A stretch of 60,898 nt of DNA, the filler included, from Blastocystis sp. subtype 4 (taxonomy: Eukaryota), in assembly GCF_000743755.1 (NCBI RefSeq). It is 5 parts of 5 records of this genome, joined end to end, with 100 filler letters (N's around TTAATTAATTAA, not from the genome) between each part and the next. Parts side by side here need not be neighbours in the genome. Positions count along the whole stretch, not along the records: positions 1 to 9,829 come from NW_014569203.1; positions 9,930 to 19,756 come from NW_014569202.1; 3 more parts are not named here. The stretch is one strand, 5' to 3'. Made by a program: the position numbers and the translations under genes. Under the pieces are notes generated by a model. The model was not told where the DNA came from. It worked only from the letters and a program-made list of their open reading frames with translations, and did not search any database. The first letter of the stretch is position 1. The number at the start of each line of letters is the position of its first letter. Below, piece after piece: positions 1 through 12,484 of the stretch.

Positions 1-101
1 CTATTATGGAAAGAAGGGATTAGTGAAGACAATTGAAGCCGATGCTCCTATCGAGAATGTATGGACTCAGATCACGGCTGCTCTTGGAAGTGCTGAATTA
101 T
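1..101 (+). CDS. 3' end of an adenylate/UMP-CMP kinase-like gene (partial); stop probably completed by poly(A) at T101
   Basis: YYGKKGLVKTIEADAPIENVWTQITAAL resembles NMP-kinase C-termini; TGTTTGTT at 106-113. Confidence 0.55.
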
Positions 102-134
102 TATATGTTTGTTGGAACATCCTTTTCTTCACGT

Positions 135-1292
135 ATGAGAATCTTACCATTTTTGGTTCTATTATCGATTGTAGCAGCCAAACCAAGATTATTCTTCTCA
201 TCTAAGGGATCGTTTCGAATACTTCAAGTTGGCGTATTTGATTCTACCCATATCTAGTTTACAGACACTCATTATGGTCGTGATCTGGATATTGATAAGC
301 AATCAACTCAAGTTATGAGGACAATTCTGAATGTGACTGTTCCTGATTTTGTGGCTTTTACAGGTGATATGATCGCAGGTAACTGTCTTATGTTCTGTTT
401 TCAGATAGGGGGAGAGTGGAATCATACAGAAGGGTGGTTTGAGGATCAGTGGCATCATTGGACTCTAGCAGTACGAGAACAGAATGTTCCCTATGCATAT
501 ACGCTGGGTAATCATGATGATGAAGCCAATCTCTCTCGTAAGGAGATTATTGAACTCGATATTACCAATCCAAATAGTTTGACTTCTATATATTATTCTG
601 AGAAAGATGGGGCAAGTAACTATGTACTTCCTGTGTATCGGAATAGTACTAGCAATGAAGTCATTCTGAATATATGGTTCTTTGATTCAATGGACTATCG
701 ATGTTATGGTGTGGATGGTAACGGTTGTGTATCTTGGAATATTGTTGAATGGTTCCGTAACACTCATGCCCGTCTTGTCCGTGAACAGGGAGGAGTGAAA
801 AGGGGACTAGCCTTTATGCATATTCCTCCACAGGAGTTTATGTATGCTTGGGAGGTAGTTGTTTGTGGGAAGGATCATCTGTAGCATTATCCGTCCAAAG
901 GAAGTAAAAATGAGAAGGTCTGTTGTCAGGCGATGAACACAGGGGTCTTCGCTGCCATGAAAGAGAGGTTGGCATTGATGGGTTTGTTGAGTTGAAGTGG
1001 GTCGATTCAGGGACTATTTGTGGGCCATGACCACTGCAATGATTATATTTCCAATATGGAGGGGATCCTCCTTGGGTATGGAAGGAAAACAGGAATTGGT
1101 GGATATGGTCCATCCCCAGGGTATGTCCTAGAGGTGAAGATGATATGAAGTCAAAAACATGGAGGGCGTGTTATTGACTTGAAACTGGATAATCCAGATA
1201 TCGACACATACATTGTTCAGGAGGATGGTACGATTGATCGTCAGAAGGTTCGTTTAGGAGTCAGTGTTCCACAGACAAAGTGTGACACATGA
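135..1292 (+). CDS. Secreted calcineurin-like metallophosphoesterase (PAP29/DCR2-like), multi-exon
   Basis: Signal peptide MRILPFLVLLSIVAA; motifs FTDTH, FTGD, LGNHD, FMHIP, GHDHCND, YGRKTG.GGYG; ~30-nt introns. Confidence 0.85.
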
Positions 1293-1331
1293 GCGATTTT
1301 CTTGTTTGTTGACATCCTTATATTGATTTCC

Positions 1332-2607
1332 ATGGATGACGTAGATGATAGACTTCTGAGAAGGTTTATTATTTACCTCTTTGTGTTTAGTGGTATACTA
1401 GTGTATAATCTCTTTGGTACCCACACTTTTAAGGTACTCCCTAGTTTTCGGGATTTACATCCTGTACCTCTACCAAATTGTATTATGGAACCATTTAAAC
1501 ACTATAATGGAACACTTCTGTCTCCAGAGGGTCAAGATCGTCGGTGGCAAGAATATTCGGATTATTATATTCGGTATCAAGAGGAGCTATCCAAAAGATC
1601 TATCGAACACTATGTAGTTTATACGACAACGAACTCTGGACTCGCAAACAAGCTTAATGGACTAGTATCTAGCTTACTCATTGCAATGGTGACGAACAGA
1701 GGTTTACAACGTACTATTTATTTGAAAGGGTTCTTTTGTAGTTGATGATTGGGCAAGTTTTGATTCCTATTTTAACCTTCCATTGTACAACCACCACTAT
1801 TTGGGGAATTGTATCGAAATCGTTTTTGGATCATTTGTAGCAACTGTATCCAAGGGTTCACCTCTGAAGATATGGAGACGATGCATCGAAGCGAAGAGAC
1901 TACTTCGAGGTCATATTGATGATGCATTTGGTGATAAGAACATCAATGTGATCACGAATTGTCCAATCTTTCGTTCTCTAGCCAAGAATGATTTATACTA
2001 TAAGGAGTTTGTTAATCGAGGATTGGTTCGGCAGGCAAAACAGGGTGATTATGAAGCAATTGCTTCGGAAGTGTATTATCGATTGTTGAATTTCTTTTCT
2101 TTGGAGAGTTCACTGCAAACTAAGCTGGATAGTGTAACAAGTAAGTGGAAAGATCGATATGTTGTTGGGCTGCAGATCCGAGTTGGTTTGGGTAATAGCG
2201 CATTTCTTGATAATTGCAAGTTTCTGTTTATGGACGATATCAAGACATTTGTGTACTATGCTGATTACTATTCCAATCGAACTAGTTTACGTCCTCTATG
2301 GTTTGTAAGTACAGATTCTCCTGAAGTAGAAAAGGTTCTTCATGATCGCTATCCAGATCGGGTGTTTTTCCTTTCTGAGCTTCCGATGAAGCATTCTAAG
2401 ATATTGGCATACAATTTCTTTGAACCTTCTGTACAACGCGCTATTTTGGATAATTATTTGCTCTCAAAGTCGGATTTGCTATTAACAACTGCCTGGAGTA
2501 GTTTTGGTGAGATGGCCTTGGGAAGGATGCCGAAGGGGACAACAATTATGATTACTCGGAGTGATCCTATTCGTGATCCACCACCTGTCTTGTCGTTTAT
2601 ACATTAG
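1332..2607 (+). CDS. Type II membrane fucosyltransferase (GT37/GT23-like fold)
   Basis: N-terminal TM; SGLANKL, VGLQIRVG, FVSTDS and DNYLLSKSD..TAWSSFG motifs; two short introns. Confidence 0.75.
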
Positions 2608-2769
2608 GATGTAGCATGTTTGGTTTCTTTGTTTGATACATGTTTACACTGATAGGTTATTATGATGTGTGCAAATAGGTTATTTGGGGAATAGCGACAC
2701 CTTGGGGTTGCGGCATCCCATTCTTCGGCTTCCGCAATGTAGGCAGCTTGGTCATTTCTTCCAAATACT

Positions 2770-3347
2770 ATGTACAACGGAATTGGTTTGAAGACTGCTC
2801 GTGGCTCTGGAACAAATGGATTTGTTCAGCGAAATATGAGTTATATACGACCGTCTCGAATGTTGGAGTTCGCTCAGCGAATGGAACCGCAAATCGTTGA
2901 ACCAAAAATGAATAAGCAAGACAAATCTCTTGTAGAACATCAAGTGAGGAGAGAGATCGAAGTTGCTTTGCTTGATTTAGAGGAGACTATGAAAGAACAA
3001 GGGTACAAATTTGTTGTTCATGCTTGATAAATAGATATAGTGAAGAGGAAATCAAGAATCGCGTGGAAACAGAGAGGAAACTTCGGATGAGTGAAGTTGA
3101 TGAAAAAGTTCGCAAAACAATGGAGAAGAAATCTATGGAAGAGGCTGAGAATGAAGACGAGTTACATGACTATGGTGGAGAGGAAGGAAAGCGACTATGG
3201 ATGGAGAGTGGAAAGAAAGAAGAGGAAAACCGTCACCATTCTGATCGACGTGAGAAAGGTCGCAGTCATAGTCGTAGTCGTAGTCGAAGTCATAGCAGAG
3301 GTCACAGTCGACATCACCACAGTCATAACCACCGACATCACCATTAG
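2770..3347 (+). CDS. CWC21: Pre-mRNA splicing factor Cwc21/SRRM2-N
   Basis: MYNGIGLKTARGSGTNGFVQRN N-terminus; RS/His-rich tail; one intron. Confidence 0.92.
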
Positions 3348-3385
3348 TTGTATCATAACGTTGTTTGTTTAGTCACTTGATTGTT

Positions 3386-4152
3386 ATGAAGACGATTCTT
3401 ATTAGTATTCTCTTCAGCTTTCTCTTTATCGAGTGTTCTACATTTGGTTTGACAGTCGAGGGATCGGGAAAACGAGTAATTACTGTCTTTCGTTACTGAT
3501 AGAATAGTGCTTTTCCCAACATATGGAAGAATATGTACTGACAAAAGGAAAGTTTTTTCTTAAAGATGTTTCTTTATTTAAGGAGGATAAGACAAACATG
3601 GTGGTAAAGGTGAATTTATTCTTGAAACATGAAATATAGGTGTATAACCCAAATAATAAGGTCATTTATGAATTACATGACTTCAAAAAGGGAAAGTTCT
3701 ATTTCAACATACCAATGGCCGGAACCTATACTACGTGTTTCGAAAATGGAAGTTGATATGTTTGATGTTATGAATGAGTAGATTCATTCCCTGTGGATCT
3801 CTTTTTCCAGTACAAGTCTGGTATTGAGGCGAAAGATTACTCTCATCTGGCTCAGCTCCAGAATATACTTGAGGTGGATACACAGACACAGTGGATTATT
3901 GATTCTCTGTATGCTGTCCAAGATGCTGTAGAGTAAGATGAAGGAATTGGTTTTTTATGTAGTGTAATTCAGGAACATGAGGATGAGATTCGTTCCATTG
4001 CCAGTTTTTGTAGATGCTGGGGTTAACGTGTAGTGGATCTTGATTACAAGGTAATCTTTTTCTCGGGTATCACAATTGCTGTGTTGATTATCCTTTCTAT
4101 TCTTCAGACTTGTATGCTTAAGCGTAGGCTAGTAAAGGCGAAGCTGTTGTGA
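3386..4152 (+). CDS. p24/emp24/TMED GOLD-domain cargo receptor, multi-exon
   Basis: Signal peptide, ECF...GKF.F....GTYTTCFEN, coiled coil, C-terminal TM with basic tail; absent from the ORF track because of introns. Confidence 0.75.
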
Positions 4153-4179
4153 TTAATTCTTGTGTGAAAGAAATATTTG

Positions 4180-5123
4180 TTAATTAGACTTTTTATATTT
4201 GTCGAAATCCATATACGGGCCAAATGGAGAGTGGAGATCAATGGGGAATTTCAGTCCGGCATACCAGCTCGTTCCATTAGGAGCAATCTTCTTATCGTAT
4301 TCATCACCCAAAGAATGGTTCACCAGGCGATGATCAGCTTCATCAGCGCGAATCACGAGCAATGCATCACGTAATGTTGCATCATCTGGGAGGCCCCAAT
4401 ACTCTTTCGTAATGGCTGTTGCAGGAGGATTCGCCAGTTTCCCCTTATCGATGCGATCTATCATCTCTGTATAGGAGTGAACAGCATGCTCCTCCAGGAA
4501 TCCAACAAGTCGATGTGATGTTCGGGGGGTAAAAACGAACATGAAAGAAAAGAGGGTAACGAATCCAAACTGTAGCAAGCGAATGAATAGTTTTTGGACC
4601 ATGGTGAGCTTGGTATAGGTTCTCACAGCGAGCAAGTGCATACGCTCATTCTCTGCCTCATCCACAAGAGGTTTGATCCATTCATTAGGCTGGAGGCGAC
4701 GAAGACAACGTAGATGATGCAAATTACTACACACAAGTCCGGGAACAGAGGCAACACTTTCCAAGAAGATTGCCCTCCTGATATAGTTATCTCGGAAATA
4801 TAGATTTCCGCAGTAGAACATAATGTTTACAATTCCGGAGGCAATACGATCACTCATACCTTCTGGGGTCCGTTCAGGCTGTTCACCCCAACATTGTTCC
4901 AGAATGCGTAAGTATTCTCGATCACTATTCACATACTATCTTATGATTCGTTCCGAATACTTACCCTCGTACTATAAATGTGGTACACAGTGTTTGGTTT
5001 CTTACTAGATACTCGATGAAGGAGTTCTTGACTGACGATTCCCTCAGGTGAAGTCGCTACAAACGCGCGAACGATATTTTTACAAGCTAACTTAGGAGAA
5101 AGAAAACGCACCGAAGGAATCAT
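4180..5123 (-). CDS. AOX: Alternative oxidase with organellar presequence
   Basis: LESVASVPG, EAENERMHL, LEEHAVHSY and RADEADHR di-iron motifs; one intron near 4926-4954. Confidence 0.95.
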
Positions 5124-5435
5124 CAAGGTCTTTTTGATAAGGATTTGATGGGTTTTATTAAAGAGAATTGGGTCTCATCATTACTGTGTTTTTTTCCTAA
5201 TACACTCAGTATACTCTAAAGAATATTACTTATTCTATAGGTTAGTTGAAAATACAGGTTCTGATGAAATAGATTGTTGGGAATCGCATGGAATATCAAG
5301 ATCCAGTTCGGTATTATTCCTGAATAAGGGGTCATATATAATTGGGGGTCATTATGGAAACGTTTGGGATCATGTGAGCTTATGACGCATCAGTTATTGA
5401 AATTAAGAAACAGGCAAATCATATCCTAAAACATC

Positions 5436-7104
5436 TTAAGCCCGGTCCTGCTCACGGAACCACTCAATTGGAGGAAGGTTTTCCACAGGTCCATAGGCAC
5501 TCACTGCAACTGGTCGATTTACCAAATATCTGTCTGCAACCTCTCTTACACGATTAATGTCAATAGCATCAATGCGAGCAAAGGTTTCCGCAGGAGTTAA
5601 TCTGCGACCATACATTTGCATCTACTCCTCATACTTTCCAGTTACTACTACCTGTCTTCCAATATCTTCCACAATATTTGCAGAGCCATCTAGTTGCATC
5701 AATAAGGTCGCTTTCAATTGTCGTTTGGCATGCTCTACTTGCTCTGGCGTCACAGTATCTCGCACATTCCGTAATGACTAGTTCTCAATCTGATAGCAGT
5801 CTTACTTGCATCGTCACCTCCATCAATCTGGGAATTGTTTCTTTTGGACACTCAGTATACACACCAATCAGCGAAGTATCCTTGTAACAGGTGAAGAATG
5901 TACTCACCGAATGAGCAAGATCCTCATGAGCAACCGTCGTACAAAACTGGGAAGTCAGATTGGCTCCTGCACCTGACATCCGATTCCACTGACCGAGTAC
6001 TGTTTGAATGATCATAAACACCAGAGCATCAGCATGTGCCCATCCTTCCGCTTCAAATGCAACAGCAATGGAGCAGAATGGATATTCGTCATCCTATCGA
6101 CAACAGCTTCTATCCACACTTACAATCAGCGTCTTGATGGAAGACGTAAACTGCTTTGTCAACGGAGGAACAATCACTCCATTCGTTGGCTTAGAAGGAA
6201 GATGACCAAAGGTCTTCTCTGCCATTTCCACTAACTACAAATAATTCTGATTCTCCAAGTGTACATGCTGATGATTGATAGATCCAGCACCAGCTACGAC
6301 AACACGAGGCGCAGTGTAGTGGGTCTGAACATACTCTACGAGATCATCCCGAGTGATTCTACATATAAACAACCATTTCGAATTCCACCTCTTGATATTC
6401 TTTTCTGGACCCAAAATCGTTAGCCCTAAGCCACATCCTTGGTAGGCTGTTTCGTGCAATAAATCAAACACCACTTCATATTTGTTCTGGAACACATCAT
6501 CGGCTTCAAGCAAAATCGTTCGTCGTTCACTATCCACAGCAGCAGGATCAAACCTACAGACAAAAGAAGTACAATGAGATACTTAGAATGCAACAGAATA
6601 TCACTCAAAATGTCCATGGTTTGGCCAATATCTTTGTTGAAGCATCGCGAATAATATACAGTCTGCTCTCGACTCGTGTATCTACTTCTAACAACCCTAT
6701 AACTATGTACGCATTCAGATGAGCACCAATATTCTCAATATCCTTTTCAATATCGATACGGGATCTCCGTTGTGTTCCTTTAAATGACAGATGTTCAACA
6801 TAATGGGCAACTCCATTCTTCTCCTTCGTCTCGTAGCGACTTCCTGTATCAATGAAAATGCCTACAGAAGACGTTTGACCATATCCTCCCTTAGAATCAG
6901 ACACTGAATCAGATACCTACTTGTGATGCAACTCTCACTCCGTTAGAAAGTGTTGTTACTTCTGTAGCAGGGATATTGAGTAAATAACTTGGGATTTGGG
7001 ACGAAAGAGCTCTCTTTACCGTATTCTATTCCATCAATAGATTCGAAGAATCCATCTACACTTAGGAGAGAGTTTGGAAAATGTCTTGCTACACGAGACA
7101 ACAT
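5436..7104 (-). CDS. PMPCB: Mitochondrial processing peptidase beta subunit (M16), multi-exon
   Basis: [14 protein letters not shown] (HxxEH), [16 protein letters not shown]...EDIGRQ. Confidence 0.9.
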
Positions 7105-7192
7105 AGTTATGAAGATAACAACAAATATTCAAATGACAAAAATTGGATTCATTTCGTTCTTTTTCATTTGGCAGCAAAGACCCATTTCAGAA

Positions 7193-7680
7193 ATGAGCCG
7201 AAGTAGTGTATGTGATAGTTATACCAATTTATTCATTTAGGGACGACTTCCTCCTGAAGTTAATCGGATTCTATATGTGAAGTTGGTTCCTAAGGTTACT
7301 TTTGATACTTGTAGAAATCTCCCATATAAAATAACAAATGAAGAAATCTATGATATATTTGGCAAATATGGCGATATCCGTCAAATCCGAGTGTAGGAAT
7401 CCAATTTCGATTTTTTGGGCTTATTATCTAGTGGTGAGACCAAAGAAACGAGAGGAACGGCATTTGTCGTTTACGAAGACATTTATGATGCAAAGGACGC
7501 CGTAGAGCATTTATCCGGTTTCAACGTTGGTGGAAGGTACCTTGTAGTGCTATATTTCCAGGCTACAAAGTGTGGATTCTTAGTTTGAATGATGGACGTA
7601 GAGCCAACAAGACAACGGATCTGGAGAAGAGAGAAAAGGAGATTGAAGAACTGAAAGCCAAGTACGGTCTTGCCAAGTAA
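7193..7680 (+). CDS. SF3B6: Splicing factor SF3b p14
   Basis: Spliced: [46 protein letters not shown]; four ~30-nt introns. Confidence 0.93.
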
Positions 7681-7824
7681 TGTAGTTGATTCCTTTATTG
7701 TGTGTTTGTTGTTCCAGAAACTGGTACTGCATGATTTTGATAGAAAACACGAAAACAATTAACTCCTCTTCGTTATCGTGGAAACCGTAGTAACCTCGGT
7801 TCATCTATCATTTCTTTTCCTTTA

Positions 7825-8377
7825 ATGTTCTCTTTAGCTCGTTGTGTTGCACGAGTGGGTATCCCTACTCGAATGACAATGTATTCTACACGTCTTTATC
7901 ATGATCTTGTCATTGATCATTACGAGCATCCCCGTAACGTTGGTATGCTGCTTCTTATTTGTGTTGATTAATGATTAGGATCTTTTGATCAGAATGATGA
8001 TGATATTGGAACTGGAATTGCAGGAGCGCCTGCTTGTGGAGATGTAATGAAACTTCAGGTAGATAGATGTTTTTCAGTGATAATAGGATAGATTAAGGTT
8101 GCTGATGGTAAGATTGTGGATGCCAAGTTTAAAACCTTTGGCTGTGGATCAGCTATTGCATCTAGTTCTGTTGCAAGCGAATGGGTGAAGGGAAAGTCTC
8201 TAGAAGAGGCTCTAACGATTAAGAACACGGATATCTCGAATCATCTGAAGCTGCCACCAGTTAAATTGCATTGCAGGTTTGTGTATCTTGGAAGGCCTTA
8301 GTTCTAGTCTTCTCGCTGAAGATGCCATTAAGGCAGCTGTAAATGACTATGTGAAGAAGTCGAAGAAAACCCAATAA
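7825..8377 (+). CDS. ISCU: Fe-S cluster scaffold IscU with presequence
   Basis: [42 protein letters not shown]. Confidence 0.96.
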
Positions 8378-8607
8378 TGTGTAATTTATCTTTCCTTTGT
8401 TTGTGAAGTAAGACACCGTTCGCACCTGTTCATTGTCTTGTGACTTACAGTCCTTTCTACGTCCATTTGGAATGAATTCTTCTTGATTGATTTAGAAATG
8501 TGAGAGAAAAAACAAGTGAAGAATCATCCCTCAAGAGTGAGACAGAACCGCGGTCATCGTGTAAGTTCAAGAAACCAAATCATCTCCAATAACCATCCTC
8601 TCTGCCC

Positions 8608-9829
8608 ATGACTGGAGGTAAGTGTGTTTAAGATGAAGAGACATGCGATATAGATACAAAGAGCAAAGAAAAGAAGAGTTCGAAGGAAAACGACTATGTG
8701 ATAAAGTCTGAGAATAAGACTCCAGAATTGGACACTAGTGAATGGCCACTTCTGTTGAAGAATTATGACAAGTTGAATGTGCGTTCTTATCACTATACTC
8801 CCATTCCTGTTGGTAATTCTCCTCTGAATCGTCCAATAAAGGAGTATATCTCGTAACTCTTTGATTTGTGGATGAGTGATAGTTATGGCTGTATCAACTT
8901 GGATAAGCCGGCAAATCCTTCCTCTCATGAAGTAGTCGCTTGGGTAAAGCGAATTCTCCATTGTGAACGTACAGGTCATAGTGGAACTCTGGATCCAAAG
9001 GTGACAGGTTGTTTGATCATTTGTATCGACCGTGCGACTCGTTTGGTGAAGAGTCAGCAAGGTGCTGGAAAGGAATACGTGTCGATTGTTCGTCTTCATG
9101 GAGCTATTGAAAACGAGATGGTATTGAAGCAAGCACTGGAGAAATTGACAGGTGCACTATTCCAACGTCCTCCTCTGATTGCTGCTGTGAAACGTCAGTT
9201 ACGTATTCGTACAATCTATGAGAGTAAGATGATCGAATATGACCCAAAGAATCAGTTGGGTGTATTTTGGGTGAGTTGTCAGGCTGGAACATATATTCGA
9301 ACTCTGTGTGTTCATTTGGGTCTGTTGTTGGGAACAGGCGGCCATATGCAGGAGTTACGTCGTGTACGATCTGGAAATATCACTGAGAATGATGGGATGG
9401 TAACAATGCATGATGTGTTAGATGCTGAATGGTGTTATGAGAATGGAAAGGGTGAGACATATCTCCGTCGAGTGATTCGTCCTCTGGAGATCCTTTTGTT
9501 GAAGCATAAGAAGATTGTGGTAAAGGATACGGCAGTGAATGCAATCTGTTATGGAGCTAAGTTGATGATTCCAGGTCTGCTTCGTTTCTCTGACAATATT
9601 GAGATTGGTGATGAGGTGGTGTTAATGACAACCAAGGGTGAGGCTGTAGCAATTGGTATTGCTCAAATGACAACAGCTGTGATGGCATCGTGTGATCATG
9701 GCATTGTGTGTAAGCTGAAGCGAGTTATTATGGAGCGAGATACGTATCCTCGACGTTGGGGACTGGGACCTGTGGCTCAGAAGAAGAAACAGTTGATTGC
9801 TGCTGGTCAATTGGATAAGGTAGGAGGAG
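8608..9829 (+). CDS. DKC1: H/ACA RNP pseudouridine synthase dyskerin/Cbf5 (3' truncated by linker)
   Basis: [29 protein letters not shown] domain, [11 protein letters not shown]. Confidence 0.96.
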
Positions 9830-9929
9830 NNNNNNNNNNNNNNNNNNNNNNNNNNNNNNNNNNNNNNNNNNNNTTAATTAATTAANNNNNNNNNNNNNNN
9901 NNNNNNNNNNNNNNNNNNNNNNNNNNNNN
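9830..9929. other. Artificial contig linker (N44-TTAATTAATTAA-N44)
   Basis: Six-frame-stop spacer inside a 100-nt N block. Confidence 0.97.
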
Positions 9930-10031
9930 GAAGAATTAAAGGGAAACAAAGGAAGACGAACTGTGGGTGTATTTGGTCAACGAAGTAATCTAATCAAGAC
10001 TCGAGAAAACAAAGGAAGGACTGGGAAATAG
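9930..10031 (+). CDS. 3' fragment of an unidentified gene
   Basis: Open frame EELKGNKGRR...GRTGK* followed by TGTTTGTT at 10057. Confidence 0.4.
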   Translation, partial: EELKGNKGRRTVGVFGQRSNLIKTRENKGRTGK

Positions 10032-10130
10032 AATCGTTTATGGTGGTTATTCAGAGTGTTTGTTTCTAATTAACTCAAGAACAAACACTCATTCCAAAGT
10101 ATCTTAACACACATAACATATTCCGTTTCA

Positions 10131-11336
10131 TTAATATAACATAGCTCGTTCACGTTGAATTCGTTCTCGCAAGGCTTCTTCATTCGTTTTATCACCCATT
10201 AGATTGTATCTGAATAAATACTTTTGGATATTCATTCCAATCTACTGTATGAGTCTCTTCCATCATTCTTACTTCTTCAGGAGCATCTTCATGAATGTAA
10301 TGTCCACAACCATTCATTAGTACCATTTGGAACTTTCCTTGCATTTGTCCAATAGTCAGTGTCGTATCCAGTCGTTCTCGTCCTGCTAACAAGAGCATCT
10401 TCACTGCTGGAGCCTCCAGGAAGTGCTTTGACATGTCCTTGTACCAACTCACCCAATAGGGCTCCGTCTCAAATAGGTTGGTTCTCCAGTACAATAATCC
10501 ATCGCGCTCTACAAGTTGATCTGGAATCGATATCATAGCTGAAGCACGATTCTGAAGTAAATGCGAATCAAGACTACTATTCACATTCTGATTTAGTTCT
10601 ACCTCCAATCAATAGCTTCCTGATAATCAAAGAAATGAAGAGGCCGTTTCTTTAGTACATTTGTCATCACTTGAAGAGACTCAAGTGCAGTTCCTTCAAC
10701 TACATCAATAACAATCAGCCCTTTGATTCGTTCTCGGATCGAAGGATCTATTGCCACTTGGACAGCTAATCCACCTCCCATACTGTGACCAATCAAAACG
10801 ATCGGGATGCGTTTGTTTTTCTCTATATCTGGAAGAACATGATTAATTAGGAGAATTGTCTCTTGTATTAATGTAGAAGCCGATAAATCCTTCTCATTCT
10901 CAATGACAGAATGACCTAGTTGTAAGCAAATAGGCATATCTATACCATGTCCACGAAGATCAGGAGCGACTAAACGACAGAACGATTTCACATTCTTCTA
11001 AACATGATTCTACGACTCAATAATAACAGCAAGAAGAGTAAAACTCAAACCACTTGCTCCTGCACCGTGAATGCAAAAGACTAATGGTCCTTTTGTTCCT
11101 GCAGAATAGATTCGATATGTCTAAAGATGAGGAGCATTGTTAGAAACGACCCCTGTCCCAGGTATGCAGTAATCTTCAAATGAATCAAATCCATCTTTCC
11201 AAGAACCAATAACTGGTTTCATATGATTCATTTTTCGATATACTGTATTCAAAGACTGAGGTATCTCATCATCCGAGGTATCCGAGTCTTCCGAGATTTT
11301 CTTCAGTAGGGATGGAGGGCGTGCAAAGTGGGGCAT
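10131..11336 (-). CDS. PPME1: Protein phosphatase methylesterase 1 (alpha/beta hydrolase)
   Basis: CIHGAG, PDLRGHG, GHSMGG, IDVVEGTA, KMLLLAG.ERLD..LTIGQMQGKFQ, GHYIHED. Confidence 0.92.
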
Positions 11337-11400
11337 CTTTGGAGATAACTGTTGTACCAACAAAGATTATCTACTAATGGAATGACAATATGATGTTCTT

Positions 11401-12414
11401 CTAGGACGTCCTTTGTTTCTTAACCCATTCTTCATGACTGAAGGCGACAATTTGTGGGTATAAGTATCTTTGACAATGGTCTCTAGACAATACTGATCAT
11501 TTATTTTTAATACATTTTGCGTTTAGGAAGTCTGTGTGAAATAAATGACAAGCAGTTGTTGTTGAATAGGTTCTTTTCGTCCTGAAACGTGAATTCTCGT
11601 CTTTCTTGCATTGAAACGACGAAGTCCCTTGCATATACTGCATGACAACTTTCGGCAACTGTCTTCTACGATTGAATGCGATGGATGATCGTACATTGTT
11701 ACGAATCTGGATATGAATATCCTCGAATTCTTCTTACAATGTCGACTGCAGATCGTTTTGGAAGAACGAGCACCTGACTAGAGGGTGTAAGAGCAGAACT
11801 CACTTGGGCTGTATCCACAGAAGGAGTATGTACAATGCATTTGCTTCCATGGACTTCTAAGAGACTTGATAGCCTTTCTTTCAAATGGAACGGATAAGTG
11901 TATTCATGCCATTTAATAAGATGTGTGACGATCTCATTGTCTAATAGTTCCAAGATAAAGTCTCTATATTCATTGTTCTGAGATAACAGAAAGTGAAAAT
12001 AACTACAGTGATCACTTGAACATTATTTCTCCTTTGGATTTGTCTCTTGAAAGAGTGAAGATATTTCATATCTGTTATAATGACATGTCTATGAATGAAT
12101 TTGTAGAAGGAACTCTACAGATATTCTGGATCAAACTGAAGCCATTGCCATTCTTCTTTTTCAATCTCATGATTTATTGGATATACCACTCTAAGCATGA
12201 TAACACTATACTATTCTAACACAATCGGAAGTGCTCTCACAGATTGTCTTTCCACTTTGGATATTGGTGACACTTGATTGTCTATTTTCAATAATTGAAT
12301 CTGTTCCACTTCAATTGTAGATGGTTTATTCCATTGATGGAACATGAGATAACTAGATGAAAAGAATATAAGAGATGCGCAAAAGAGGACTTGACGATTC
12401 CAACTGAAAAACAT
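11401..12414 (-). CDS. Hypothetical type II membrane protein, multi-exon
   Basis: N-terminal TM; exons joinable through short GT-AG introns; last junction uncertain. Confidence 0.45.
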
Positions 12415-12484
12415 TTGGTAGTGGTGATTCGTCGATTGACAAGTGATTGATAGGTTTGCCACAAAAATGAAACTAAACATACAA

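Noticed and set aside
2708..2737. Small GC hairpin upstream of CWC21 (similar one near 51265-51281)
   Set aside because: Stems of only 5-6 bp are compatible with chance; no tRNA or other RNA signature
8554..9132. Long antisense ORFs (also 53923-54567, 55261-55803, 59837-60403)
   Set aside because: They lie opposite well-supported genes and have no recognisable motifs
9874..9885. TTAATTAATTAA repeated four times in the window
   Set aside because: Always centred in a 100-nt N block, so it is an artificial six-frame-stop linker and not biology
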